Assembly: GCA_050575255.1 (NCBI GenBank)
Contig: JBNZDD010013707.1
Coordinates: 4,980,233 to 5,044,232 of the forward strand
Direction: 5' to 3'
Length of the DNA stretch: 64,000 bases
Source of the DNA: Harriotta raleighana
Taxonomy: Eukaryota
Shown here: positions 1 to 13,478 of the stretch, piece by piece
Layout: the number at the start of each line of letters is the position of its first letter
Position numbering within the stretch: the first letter of the stretch is position 1
Notes under the pieces: generated by a model
Told to the model about the DNA's origin: nothing
The model's database searches: none
Seen by the model: only the letters and a program-made list of their open reading frames with translations
Made by a program: the position numbers and the translations under genes

Positions 1-42
1 AGCTACAATGGGGGCACAAAATAAATAAGCTGTATGCCATAC

Positions 43-94
43 CTTTGGACTCATCCTGTTGTTCACTCAGAGCTTTTTCTTGGTTCTCTTTTTC
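43..94 (-). CDS. Duplicate of exon 6224-6275
   Basis: Identical 52-nt exon at offset 6181; the gene presumably continues left of the window. Confidence 0.6.
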
Positions 95-1509
95 CTACAT
101 CACAAGGAAACAAAACAATTGGTAAACGTGACATACAATTAAACATTAACCAAAAAGATTTTGCGATTCAAAGCTCCGCCATCACAAACTACAATTACTG
201 TGAATAAAATTAGTCGCATTTCTCAGACTTTTATCAAAAAGGTGTAAAATGTTTCTTATGTGCAGATTTTGTTGTAAGTGAATTTAAAATATCTAGTAAT
301 TAGGCTCAGAAAAGTACATTCATATTTACAGGCCTTCTAACGTGTAGAATTTGGGTATTTATTTTTTTCTATTAAAAAAAACTGTCCAATTTATGCTTAG
401 GAATAAAAATGGCAATTGGGTAATTGTATACATTTTTGCATAAAGACTTTTTTTACTATGAATTGAAAGAGGATGTTTGAGATGTGATGAAATAAGATGT
501 TTCAGAAACATTACTTTGAATCTGTTAGGCTTTACCCCTAGTATTTATGCTGCTTAACAGTTACTCCGCCTGGTGGTGAAATAGAGAACAGCTTTGATAG
601 GAATCAAGTGACAAACAGTAAGCTTTGCATTTCCCAAAGTAAAACAAGTTAAGAATGACAAACGATCATTCCAGTCTATGAGAATGTATTCTTCCAGTGA
701 CCTCTCTCATCATAAAATCTAATTATATTTTCAATAACTCAAATGTTCTAGGCCTTAACACTATTGAAAACAATTATCGCCTTTTGAATTCGTTTTTCTT
801 CATCAAAAAAAACTTTCACTCATTTACATTTTTTAGGCAGTGAGAATGTATTCCTAGCTGTTGATATTCACCGCAAATGTGTAAACACAGGACTGATTGC
901 ATTCATATCTTATAAACTATGTTGGACAGAACGTATTCCAGTGCTCATTACATACACATAACGTCAATAATGTGCATATTTTGAGGATGTAGCTTACACA
1001 AAGTGATGTGCAGGTAGATTAGATATAATTTTCATATGAATGAACCAGCCATAAATAGCAGTGAAAATCTTATGAAGTGACATACTGTATTATGAAGTCC
1101 ATATCAATCAGGTCAATGGAAAAGCATTTTTTGGTAAACAGTATGATGGTTTTGCTTGGGTGAGGCATGGATTTTTACATGTTAATGCCAGGATTTGAAA
1201 TAAATGATTTAATCATATTTATCCAACTGCTCACTTTGTGTAGAGAATGAAATAGTTTCCCCCTGGCTGGAGATAATGGTTACTGCAAACTGATTAATAG
1301 CAAATTAAGCTCACAGCTAAAATACTGACTATAATGTTCAATGGTTATCCTAGCATTAGACACTTATTGTACACTATCGATATTTAGGCCAAGTAATGAA
1401 GGTAATAATACTCCCAGAGTTACCTCTCTTACCTTTCCTAACATCCCTATATGTATCTGCCATCTGCTTCTCCTGCTAATCTGCACTAACAGGAAGGTCC
1501 ATGCCTAGC

Positions 1510-2460
1510 ACCAAACTGCACTGGCTCTCTGTCACAGAGCAGATTGACTTCAAGATCCTCACCCTTGTGTTTAAATTCATCCAATCCTTGACACTTCACG
1601 ACCTCTCTAACCTCCTCTCTCCTCACAGCAGTACCTGCTGCCTACACTGTCCAGCCTCCTCCTTGTTCCCTGAATCGTCCACTCCACCATCGGCGGCTGT
1701 GCTTTCAGCTACTATGTCCTGAAGGTTTGGAACTCCCTTCCTCAAACCCTTCGCCTCACCCCCTCCTTTCCCATCTTCAGTTTGCACCTAAAGAACTTTC
1801 TCTTCGGCTGTGCTTAGGTTCATCTTTCCCCTCCCCTTGGCTTGGCCTCAGGTCCCACCAATGTGAAGCGCTCCGAGATGCTGCCCAGTGTGGAAGGCAT
1901 TATGTAAATTCAATTTGTTGTTGTTATTGTCACAAGCTGCATTCCTCAGGGCTCTATCCTTGGTCCTCTCCTCTTTAATATTTACCTGATGCTGCTCAGT
2001 GATGTCATCCACAGATATGAGATTAACTTCCATATGTATTCAGATGAAAGCCAACTCTATCTCTCTGCCTCCACCCTCGATTATTCCAGGCCCAATGGTG
2101 TCCTGACCGATTACCTGTCAGACATGAAGCCCTGGATGAGCTACCCTGGCTCCACTGGCTTCCCACTACAAGATTCTTGTCCTCACTTTTAAAGCCCTTG
2201 ATTATCTTTTCACAGCCTTCTTTTGTGACCTTCTAAAACCTAACCAACCTACCCAATCCCTCTGCTCAACAGACATTGGCCTGCTTTACATTCCCTGCCC
2301 CTGCCACTACATCATCAATGGTCGGGCCTTCACACCTTCTGCCCCTCATGCCCCTCATTGTAACTCCATCTCAAAGTCCCTTCACTTTCCACCTTCCCTC
2401 GCCTTCTTCAAGGTCCTCTTAAGATCTTCCTCTTTGACCATTTGCTTTTGGTCATCTTCC
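1510..2460 (+). mobile_element. Degenerate L2 fragments (duplicate at ~7690-8640)
   Basis: LHWLSVTEQIDFKILTLVFK C-terminal motif, (ttg)n tail at ~1915-1930, and RT remnant PQGSILGP / FHMYSDESQLY. Confidence 0.85.
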
Positions 2461-2928
2461 CCACTCCTACAAATTTCATGATGAATTTTAAATACAATAA
2501 TAACCTTGTTCACTCAATTAATGCTTTGTTTCTTTAAAGTACAAATACGCCATTTGTTAGAAATAGAGTAAAGGGACATTAAGATGCAACATGTGGGTAA
2601 TAGAGAGAGATGTGAATTAAACTACTTGTGGAGACAGCAGAAGTGGATTATGTCAATAAATTCAACAAGAAATTGGATGGCTATTTGGGTGCTGAAGAAA
2701 TTGATTGAACGATGTAAGAGTGGTGATGTAGGTTTTAATGTATTTTGGGTTGAGTCAATAGTAAACACTAGCATGGGACATGCTGGTGTTTACTATTTCT
2801 GTACATTAATTCCTATATAATTTAGACAAATTATGGCCTAATCTACATAATTTTTAAATGTTAGTCAATTGAAAAAACTAATATTTATCTTTAGCACAAA
2901 TAATCTAATTTTATTTAAAGAGTTATAC

Positions 2929-3090
2929 CGATGTGTCTGAGGAATAATCTGATTTCATTTTCTCATTTTGCTCAAGTGCTTCATGAAGTTGACTTCTCAG
3001 TTCCTCCAATTGACTACTATGCAGTTTGTTCTGATAGTCCAGTAAAATCTTCTGCAAATCCAATTCCCGTTGACCTTTTTCCACGTCTTT
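2929..3090 (-). CDS. Duplicate of exon 9110-9271
   Basis: Identical 162-nt exon at offset 6181; probably redundant assembly copy. Confidence 0.65.
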
Positions 3091-3689
3091 CTGACAACAG
3101 AAACCAAATTAGCTAGTTACAAATGTACAAAACTTTTGGAGTAAGTGACCAAAACGTTTTTTTAACATTACATTAATATACAAGAGATTTTCCTTTGATG
3201 AGAAAATCACATTTAATGGATGCTGGGGATAACAATCTAATAATAATCTTTGCATTTGATACAACACCTTATCACATCATGGAAATATCTCAAAGCGCTT
3301 CACAGGATATTCTGTAAAGTGATGGGTATTGATGAATACATTTTAGCTGTGTGCAACTCAGATTAATTCAAGATGAGCAAATCCTGGGACAACAAGAAAC
3401 AATTACAACAAATTACATTTGTGTAATGCCTTTCCCATGCAATTGTTTCAAAATATGACATTAAACTAGAAAAATGCCAGAAAGAAACATTCCTCTCCAA
3501 TGTCGTTCCCATTGGTGAGCTCTGTGATGCTGGAATGCACATTCCACTTCCGCCTCTTAGCCTTCTACTCCTAATGAGGAGCTTTTATTCAACTGAATCT
3601 ACATAGAGCCCTGTTGTAACATGATAATTGGGGTCCATAAAATGATTGCCGGTCAGTATTACTGCATTTATTGTCCATGTTTACAGATA

Positions 3690-4160
3690 TCTCGTGCTCA
3701 ATTTAGACATCAGGTTCGATCCCCAGTTACCCTTCCTCCCCCACATCCAGTCCCTGACCAGCATTGCTTTCTTCCATCTCCGCCACATAGTCCATCTCCG
3801 TAAATACCTCACCCCAAAAGCTGCCGAAACCCTGTTCCATGCCTTTGTCACCTCTCAGCTGGACTACTCCAATAACCTCAGTACCAGTCTACACTCCTCC
3901 ACCATCCACAAAATTCAGCTAAAACTCCGCTGTCCACATTCTCATCCACACCTCACCTCTCCTCACAGCAGTATCCACACTACTGGTGTCCAGCCTCTTC
4001 CTTGTCCCTGAATCCTCCGCTCTACCATCGGTGGTCGTACATTCAGCCACTACACCCTGCTCCCCCTCCCTCTTGCTTGTCCTTAGGCTCCACATTATTA
4101 AGCATTCTGAGCTGCCTCCCAGCATGGAGGGTGCGGTACAAATGCAAGTTGTTGTTGTTG
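3690..4160 (+). mobile_element. Degenerate L2 3' fragment (duplicate ~9870-10355)
   Basis: AFFHLRHI..LRKYLTPKAAETLFHAFVTSQLDYSN motif and (gtt)n tail. Confidence 0.88.
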
Positions 4161-4469
4161 GCTTGTTTCAAACACTGGCCAGAATCCGAAAGCTACAAAT
4201 AATCAAATTCTGGGACTTCAAATTGTAACCAATATCACTTCCTACATGCAACAAATCTCAGGTGAATCACAGAATGACATGTTTTCGTAAATTAGTGTTT
4301 TTTTTAAATGTAATTCTTACACTGCCCCATTAAAAAAAATCATGAAAGATACCACATTTCTTAGAAACAGGCCACAGAATTCCATACACACCAAGACAGG
4401 ATAAGGATACAGGATAAGTGAATACTGGTTCAGGAATCTGAAGGGCAACTTTTGGGACAAATAGTATGA

Positions 4470-4990
4470 ACAAAAACAAAAAAATTATATTTGCATAGTG
4501 CCTTTCAAGTCAGGAGGACACTGGGAAATCAGTATTTCTGACTTGAGCTGGGATCCGGGAGGGTGGAGGACAGCGGGGAGGGAGGATGACTGAAGGTACG
4601 GTCATAGAGGAGGATCTTGAGATTGATCTTGAATGAGGCATGGGAGGGGGCAAGGTGGAGGGACTGTGGGTTGGAGTTCCAGAAGATGGGAGCAGAGTGG
4701 CTGAAGGCTCGCCTACAAATGGTAGGTCGGATGAGCAGGGGCGGATGTGTAGCAGGCAACAGAACGGCACGCAGTTCTGATGAATGGTCACGACCCGAAA
4801 CGTTGACTCATTTTTTTTGCTCCCTAGATGCTGCCTGATCTGCTGAGTGTTCCCAGCGATTTCTGTTTTTGTTCCATGGAGGAAGATGCTGTCAGCGCCC
4901 GAGGTATGGAGGCACTGACTGAAGCCAAGCAGCAGGGCCTTGGTCTTGTTGACATTGAACTGCAGGAAAAGAATGGTACCCTCAACTCAT
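4470..4990 (-). mobile_element. L2 3' fragment interrupted by a Penelope-like tail (~4775-4873)
   Basis: RAFSHSAPIFWNS.PQSL motif on minus; inserted cgacccgaaacgttgact...gatgctgcctgatctgctgagt...ccagc block resembles fish/shark Penelope terminal repeats. Confidence 0.65.
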
Positions 4991-6223
4991 TTTGGAGTCC
5001 TGTAGCTCAGTGGTTAGAGCACTTGCCTTAAAAGTGAAAGATCTGGGTTTGATTCAGGGTGAAATGTTGGGCAAGTTTCCTTACTCCACAGACCTAATAA
5101 TAATCCCTCAAACAAAAACAATAATAAAGTGTTCATTTCAATTCATTTGTGGGACACGGCTGTTTCATCGTGCTGCCACGTTTTGGCCACATATATGCAG
5201 TTAATTCATGNAAGATGTGAAAAGTGCTATATCAAATGCAAGGATTATTATTATTACATGTCAAAAGATTCTGTGGCAGATTCAAATGGAGCAACAAGTT
5301 TCACCCATTGCAGGACTTATACCTACACTGCTGCAGTAAATTCAGTATGACACAGGTTAATACTTAAAAAATTGTTCTGAATATCTCAGTCAAAAGGTGT
5401 GTGCAACACAGGAATGTATTCTGCAAAGAATCCTTGGGGATAAGTCCATCGTAAAGCAGCAGTGCCCTCTGCAGAAAAAGTACCATGAAGGTTTGATTAT
5501 GATGCATTTAGTTTTAAAATGTGCACGAAGAATAAATCACACAGAAAAAATAGGGTGGTGAAATATTAGCAGGTTCCCCAAAGTGAACGACTGTGCGGGA
5601 GGAGGAGTGTGGATAGTAGAAGATATGGACTCTTTTACACATATTGTATTGACTACCTTCACAAACACTTGTGTAAATGCCAATTCTGCTCTGATTCAGA
5701 CATTTGTAAAATAGTATTTTTCATCCATCATTTATTTCGACACTTTAATTCCTAAACATCTTGTGAGCTGTAGCATCTCAAGCATTTGCATATTTTGTGT
5801 CGAGACACGGAGCCAATTTGTGCATAGCAATGCCACATAAACAGCTATGAAGTGAATGATCAATTTTATGTGGGGGATTGTTACTTGAGACATCAGGAGA
5901 AACTCCCTTCTCTTTTCGAGCGATGCAATGGGATCTTTAATGTCCGCCTGAATAGGTGAACATGTCCTAGGTTTAAGGTCTCCTCTGAAGGTGGTCACCT
6001 CCGACAATGCAGCACATCTCTAGCATAGCTTCAGAGGTTCAGCTGAGACTACATGAGTTCAAAATCCTGACTTGTGGTTTGAAAACCATAATCTTCTGAC
6101 TCAGAGGCAACATTGCCAGATTTAAAACATGAGCAGCACTTAGATCACAGTCCAGTAGCTCAAACAATATTTGTTGGTTACAGCTACAATGGGGGCACAA
6201 AATAAATAAGCTGTATGCCATAC

Positions 6224-6275
6224 CTTTGGACTCATCCTGTTGTTCACTCAGAGCTTTTTCTTGGTTCTCTTTTTC
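6224..6275 (-). CDS. Coiled-coil gene exon (copy in right duplicate)
   Basis: 52 nt, tgatgtag/gtatgg, phase 0-1, EKENQEKALSEQQDESK. Confidence 0.72.
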
Positions 6276-9109
6276 CTACATCACAAGGAAACAAAACAAT
6301 TGGTAAACGTGACATACAATTAAACATTAACCAAAAAGATTTTGCGATTCAAAGCTCCGCCATCACAAACTACAATTACTGTGAATAAAATTAGTCGCAT
6401 TTCTCAGACTTTTATCAAAAAGGTGTAAAATATTTCTTATGTGCAGATTTTGTTGTAAGTGAATTTAAAATATCTAGTAATTAGGCTCAGAAAAGTACAT
6501 TCATATTTACAGGCCTTCTAACGTGTAGAATTTGGGTATTTATTTTTTTCTATTAAAAAAAACTGTCCAATTTCTGCTTAGGAATAAAAATGGCAATTGG
6601 GTAATTGTATACATTTTTGCATAAAGACTTTTTTTACTATGAATTGAAAGAGGATGTTTGAGATGTGATGAAATAAGATGTTTCAGAAACATTACTTTGA
6701 ATCTGTTAGGCTTTACCCCTAGTATTTATGCTGCTTAACAGTTACTCCGCCTGGTGGTGAAATAGAGAACAGCTTTGATAGGAATCAAGTGACAAACAGT
6801 AAGCTTTGCATTTCCCAAAGTAAAACAAGTTAAGAATGACAAACGATCATTCCAGTCTATGAGAATGTATTCTTCCAGTGACCTCTCTCATCATAAAATC
6901 TAATTATATTTTCAATAACTCAAATGTTCTAGGCCTTAACACTATTGAAAACAATTATCGCCTTTTGAATTCGTTTTTCTTCATCAAAAAAAACTTTCAC
7001 TCATTTACATTTTTTAGGCAGTGAGAATGTATTCCTAGCTGTTGATATTCACCGCAAATGTGTAAACACAGGACTGATTGCATTCATATCTTATAAACTA
7101 TGTTGGACAGAACGTATTCCAGTGCTCATTACATACACATAACGTCAATAATGTGCATATTTTGAGGATGTAGCTTACACAAAGTGATGTGCAGGTAGAT
7201 TAGATATAATTTTCATATGAATGAACCAGCCATAAATAGCAGTGAAAATCTTATGAAGTGACATACTGTATTATGAAGTCCATATCAATCAGGTCAATGG
7301 AAAAGCATTTTTTGGTAAACAGTATGATGGTTTTGCTTGGGTGAGGCATGGATTTTTACATGTTAATGCCAGGATTTGAAATAAATGATTTAATCATATT
7401 TATCCAACTGCTCACTTTGTGTAGAGAATGAAATAGTTTCCCCCTGGCTGGAGATAATGGTTACTGCAAACTGATTAATAGCAAATTAAGCTCACAGCTA
7501 AAATACTGACTATAATGTTCAATGGTTATCCTAGCATTAGACACTTATTGTACACTATCGATATTTAGGCCAAGTAATGAAGGTAATAATACTCCCAGAG
7601 TTACCTCTCTTACCTTTCCTAACATCCCTATATGTATCTGCCATCTGCTTCTCCTGCTAATCTGCACTAACAGGAAGGTCCATGCCTAGCACCAAACTGC
7701 ACTGGCTCTCTGTCACAGAGCAGATTGACTTCAAGATCCTCACCCTTGTGTTTAAATTCATCCAATCCTTGACACTTCACGACCTCTCTAACCTCCTCTC
7801 TCCTCACAGCAGTACCTGCTGCCTACACTGTCCAGCCTCCTCCTTGTTCCCTGAATCGTCCACTCCACCATCGGCGGCTGTGCTTTCAGCTACTATGTCC
7901 TGAAGGTTTGGAACTCCCTTCCTCAAACCCTTCGCCTCACCCCCTCCTTTCCCATCTTCAGTTTGCACCTAAAGAACTTTCTCTTCGGCTGTGCTTAGGT
8001 TCATCTTTCCCCTCCCCTTGGCTTGGCCTCAGGTCCCACCAATGTGAAGCGCTCCGAGATGCTGCCCAGTGTGGAAGGCATTATGTAAATTCAATTTGTT
8101 GTTGTTATTGTCACAAGCTGCATTCCTCAGGGCTCTATCCTTGGTCCTCTCCTCTTTAATATTTACCTGATGCTGCTCAGTGATGTCATCCACAGATATG
8201 AGATTAACTTCCATATGTATTCAGATGAAAGCCAACTCTATCTCTCTGCCTCCACCCTCGATTATTCCAGGCCCAATGGTGTCCTGACCGATTACCTGTC
8301 AGACATGAAGCCCTGGATGAGCTACCCTGGCTCCACTGGCTTCCCACTACAAGATTCTTGTCCTCACTTTTAAAGCCCTTGATTATCTTTTCACAGCCTT
8401 CTTTTGTGACCTTCTAAAACCTAACCAACCTACCCAATCCCTCTGCTCAACAGACATTGGCCTGCTTTACATTCCCTGCCCCTGCCACTACATCATCAAT
8501 GGTCGGGCCTTCACACCTTCTGCCCCTCATGCCCCTCATTGTAACTCCATCTCAAAGTCCCTTCACTTTCCACCTTCCCTCGCCTTCTTCAAGGTCCTCT
8601 TAAGATCTTCCTCTTTGACCATTTGCTTTTGGTCATCTTCCCCACTCCTACAAATTTCATGATGAATTTTAAATACAATAATAACCTTGTTCACTCAATT
8701 AATGCTTTGTTTCTTTAAAGTACATATACGCCATTTGTTAGAAATAGAGTAAAGGGACATTAAGATGCAACATGTGGGTAATAGAGAGAGGTGTGAATTA
8801 AACTACTTGTGGAGACAGCAGAAGTGGATTATGTCAATAAATTCGACAAGAAATTGGATGGCTATTTGGGTGCTGAAGAAATTGATTGAACGATGTAAGA
8901 GTGGTGATGTAGGTTTTAATGTATTTTTGGTTGAGTCAATAGTAAACACTAGCATGGGACATGCTGGTGTTTACTATTTCTGTACATTAATTCCTATATA
9001 ATTTAGACAAATTATGGCCTAATCTACATAATTTTTAAATGTTAGTCAATTGAAAAAACTAATATTTATCTTTAGCACAAATAATCTAATTTTATTTAAA
9101 GAGTTATAC

Positions 9110-9271
9110 CGATGTGTCTGAGGAATAATCTGATTTCATTTTCTCATTTTGCTCAAGTGCTTCATGAAGTTGACTTCTCAGTTCCTCCAATTGACTACTA
9201 TGCAGTTTGTTCTGATAGTCCAGTAAAATCTTCTGCAAATCCAATTCCCGTTGACCTTTTTCCACGTCTTT
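9110..9271 (-). CDS. Coiled-coil gene exon (copy in right duplicate)
   Basis: 162 nt, tgttgtcag/gtataa, phase 0-0, KDVEKGQRELDLQKILLDYQNKLHSSQLEELRSQLHEALEQNEKMKSDYSSDTS. Confidence 0.8.
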
Positions 9272-11186
9272 CTGACAACAGAAACCAAATTAGCTAGTTA
9301 CAAATGTACAAAACTTTTGGAGTAAGTGACCAAAACTTTTTTTTAACATTACATTAATATACAAGAGATTTTCCTTTGATGAGAAAATCACATTTAATGG
9401 ATGCTGGGGATAACAATCTAATAATAATCTTTGCATTTGATACAACACCTTATCACATCATGGAAATATCTCAAAGCGCTTCACAGGATATTCTGTAAAG
9501 TGATGGGTATTGATGAATACATCTTAGCTGTGTGCAACTCAGATTAATTCAAGATGAGCAAATCCTGGGATAACAAGAAACAATCACAACAAATTACATT
9601 TGTGTAATGCCTTTCCCATGCAATTGTTTCAAAATATGACATTAAACTAGAAAAATGCCAGAAAGAAACATTCCTCTCCAATGTCGTTCCCATTGGTGAG
9701 CGCCGTGATGCTGGAATGCACGTTCCACTTCCGCCTCTTAGCCTTCTACTCCTAATGAGGAGCTTTTATTCAACTGAATGTACATAGAGCCCTGTTGTAA
9801 CATGATAATTGGGGTCCATAAAATGATTGCCGGTCAGTATTACTGCATTTATTGTCCATGTTTACAGATATCTCGTGCTCAATTTAGACATCAGGTTCGA
9901 TCCCCAGTTACCCTTCCTCCCCCACATCCAGTCCCTGACCAGCATTGCTTTCTTCCATCTCCGCCACATAGTCCATCTCCGTAAATAGTCCATAGTCCAC
10001 CTCACCCCAAAAGCTGCCGAAACCCTGTTCCATGCCTTTGTCACCTCTCAGCTGGACTACTCCAATAACCTCAGTACCAGTCTACACTCCTCCACCATCC
10101 ACAAAATTCAGCTAAAACTCCGCTGTCCACATTCTCATCCACACCTCACCTCTCCTCACAGCAGTATCCACACTACTGGTGTCCAGCCTCTTCCTTGTCC
10201 CTGAATCCTCCGCTCTACCATCGGTGGTCGTACATTCAGCCACTACACCCTGCTCCCCCTCCCTCTTGCTTGTCCTTAGGCTCCACATTATTAAGCATTC
10301 TGAGCTGCCTCCCAGCATGGAGGGTGCGGTACAAATGCAAGTTGTTGTTGTTGGCTTGTTTCAAACACTGGCCAGAATCCGAAAGCTACAAATAATCAAA
10401 TTCTGGGACTTCAAATTGTAACCAATATCACTTCCTACATGCAACAAATCTCAGGTGAATCACAGAATGACATGTTTTCGTAAATTAGTGTTTTTTTTAA
10501 ATGTAATTCTTACACTGCCCCATTAAAAAAAATCATGAAAGATACCACATTTCTTAGAAACAGGCCACAGAATTCCATACACACCAAGACAGGATAAGGA
10601 TACAGGATAAGTGAATACTGGTTCAGGAATCTGAAGGGCAACTTTTGGGACAAATAGTATGAACAAAAACAAAAAAATTATATTTGCATAGTGCCTTTCA
10701 AGTCAGGAGGACACTGGGAAATCAGTATTTCTGACTTGAGCTGGGATCCGGGAGGGTGGAGGACAGCGGGGAGGGAGGATGACTGAAGGTACGGTCATAG
10801 AGGAGGATCTTGAGATTGATCTTGAATGAGGCATGGGAGGGGGCAAGGTGGAGGGACTGTGGGTTGGAGTTCCAGAAGATGGGAGCAGAGTGGCTGAAGG
10901 CTCGCCTACAAATGGTAGGTCGGATGAGCAGGGGCGGATGTGTAGCAGGCAACAGAACGGCACGCAGTTCTGATGAATGGTCACGACCCGAAACGTTGAC
11001 TCATTTTTTTTGCTCCCTAGATGCTGCCTGATCTGCTGAGTGTTCCCAGCGATTTCTGTTTTTGTTCCATGGAGGAAGATGCTGTCAGCGCCCGAGGTAT
11101 GGAGGCACTGACTGAAGCCAAGCAGCAGGGCCTTGGTCTTGTTGACATTGAACTGCAGGAAAAGAATGGTACCCTCAACTCATTTT

Positions 11187-11482
11187 GGAGTCCTGTAGCT
11201 CAGTGGTTAGAGCACTTGCCTTAAAAGTGAAAGATCTGGGTTTGATTCAGGGCGAAATGTTGGGCAAGTTTCCTTACTCCACAGACCTAATAATAATCCC
11301 TCAAACAAAAACAATAATAAAGTGTTCATTTCAATTCATTTGTGGGACACGGCTGTTTCATCGTGCTGCCACGTTTTGGCCACATATATGCAGTTAATTC
11401 ATGTTACAGTATATTCTGTGAAGTGCTTGAGATGTCTAGAAGATGTGAAAAGCACTATATCAAATGCAAGGATTATTATTAT
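11187..11482 (+). mobile_element. tRNA-derived SINE with Deu-like core and L2-like tail (duplicate 4994-5210)
   Basis: ggagtcctgtagctcagtggttagagc A box, degenerate B box, core, tail aaatgcaagg(att)n. Confidence 0.9.
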
Positions 11483-12448
11483 TTAAGAAATAGGCTTGAT
11501 GGCGTACTACTTATGGGTCGGTATACTGGAGAGATTCGATCAAATATAATAACAAAATACAATACAATTTACTTTTATATAGCACCTTTCGATTGGGAGG
11601 ACATCCCAAACTGCAAATAAGCTGAATGGCTATTTTTAATTTTTATTTCTGCTGTGATTAGTGGAGGGCAGAGAACAACCAAATCATTTGCCAGTTTGGA
11701 ATGTACAATACATTGGTAAACAAGCCAAGAGGATATTATCTAAAAATAGGAGGCTTCAAAACAAAATGGAAAGTTGACATAATCGTGAGACTTTTTCAGT
11801 TTATCTGGCTCCACTCACTGGAACTCAATCCGGGAGTACCTCTGACTCACTGCCACTCTTGTCACTCTCAAAGGTCCATTGGTCTCCTCCTCACCACCCT
11901 CGGCACCCAATACAGCTCATCTGCCATGGCGGGCTTATTAAGCGTCTTAATAAGCAATGTCCTCCTGATGTGAAATGTGCTATGTAAATGTAAATTGATA
12001 TTGCTTTGCATTTGTTTCTTAAAGGGTCAACATTTTTTCAAACGGAGTCTGATTAGACCAGTCATGTTAGGCTCTGATTCAAAATAAAATCAAACTGGGC
12101 ATTCATTCCCAATAACCACTTCAAATTATTGCATATCTCGGGAAAATTCAGCAATCAGAGTTATGGAAGTAATTTTGTGAAAACAAGTTTTTAATTATCT
12201 TCCAAAGCACAGCACACTTAACATAATAGTTGTGGAATGTCCACATTCCTTAAACAACGTTGTACTGGATTCAGCGTCTCTTGTTACTATATTGCTAGGC
12301 TCCTGCTCACAAAAACAAAATTGGTAAGACATCTTCAAAAATCAAATCTCTAAGATGTTAAACTTCCAATGGTTTAGAAAATTATTATCCAGAACTCTTG
12401 AGTTATGCTATCCAGAGGTCTTTTTTTCATATTTCCAATACACTGCAT

Positions 12449-12855
12449 TAACAACAACAACAACAAAAATTACATTTGTATAGCGCCTTTCACATCAGGA
12501 GGACGTCCCAAGGCACTGGACAGTTATACTGATTCAGACCCGAGCTGAGGAAAAGGGCGGGTGGGGGTGGTGGGTGGAAGGAATTGCTGATGGGTCCATC
12601 GAAGAGGAGAGTCTTGAGGCAAGACTTGAAGGAGGCCACGGAGGAGGTGAAGTGGAGGAACTTTGGGATGGAGTTCCAGAGGTTGGGGGCAGAGTGGCTG
12701 AAGGCTTGCCTACTAATGGTTGGGTGGGTGGGTTGGGGAACATGGAGCAGGCCACAGTCTGCTGAATGGAGGGGATGGGCAAGTTGTTAAGGGGATAGGA
12801 CGTCACAAATGTAGGGTGGGGCGAGGTTGTGGAGGGCTTTATATGTGAGGATTTA
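12449..12855 (-). mobile_element. L2 3' fragment
   Basis: (aac)n tail followed by reverse complement of the L2 tail and the APNLWNS C-terminal motif. Confidence 0.85.
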
Positions 12856-13149
12856 TTAAGGATTGGTCAGACATCAGGCCATTGCCATGGCTACCAGTCA
12901 CCTTCCAATTTTCCAAATATATATGAATCTATACGGTTGAGCAGTAACCATGACATCAGTCATGATGCCTCTTAAGAGGCATTATTTAAAATAAGAGGAA
13001 AACATTTATACTATATTATCTGAACTTGCCCTATCAGGATATTTTTTCCCTCAAATGTTACGCATTATTTTTCCTGGACTTTTTTTATTTTACCTAATTT
13101 CAACTTATCCTTAACTTATCTTTCCCTATTGTAAAAAAAAAGGCACCTC

Positions 13150-13478
13150 CTTTGACATTGGGTCTGCTCCATGTCTCCCGTCCGACCCACAATAATATTG
13201 TCGGCTAGGATTTCAGCCTCTTTGCCCCCACACCCTGGAACTCCATCCCACAGTTCCTTCACCTTGCTTCCTTCCTTGCCTCCTTTAAGGCTGGTCTCAA
13301 GACCCTCCTTTTCAATTGTGCCTTCAGCCACTCTCCCACCTCTCTCCCTTCCCTTCCCACTACTCCCTACCCTGCCCCTATCCCATGTCCGGGTCCCGAC
13401 CCCTGACTGTTCAGCATCTCGGAATGTCCTTCTGACATGAAAGGCGCTCTATAAATGGTAATTTGGTTTGTGTTGTAT
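13150..13478 (+). mobile_element. L2 3' fragment
   Basis: APTPWNSIPQ motif and tgtccttctgacatgaaaggcgctctataaat tail. Confidence 0.8.

Larger units (their letters stand above)
1..11403. repeat. Near-identical tandem duplication (1-5210 = 6182-11403)
   Basis: Offset 6181, then 6193 after a 12-bp indel; only scattered substitutions; single N at 5211. Confidence 0.97.

Noticed and set aside
12200-12303. Possible extra minus-strand exon EPSNIVTRDAESSTTLFKE
   Set aside because: Acceptor is plausible but no convincing phase-0 donor before the stop, and the flanking exons already join in frame
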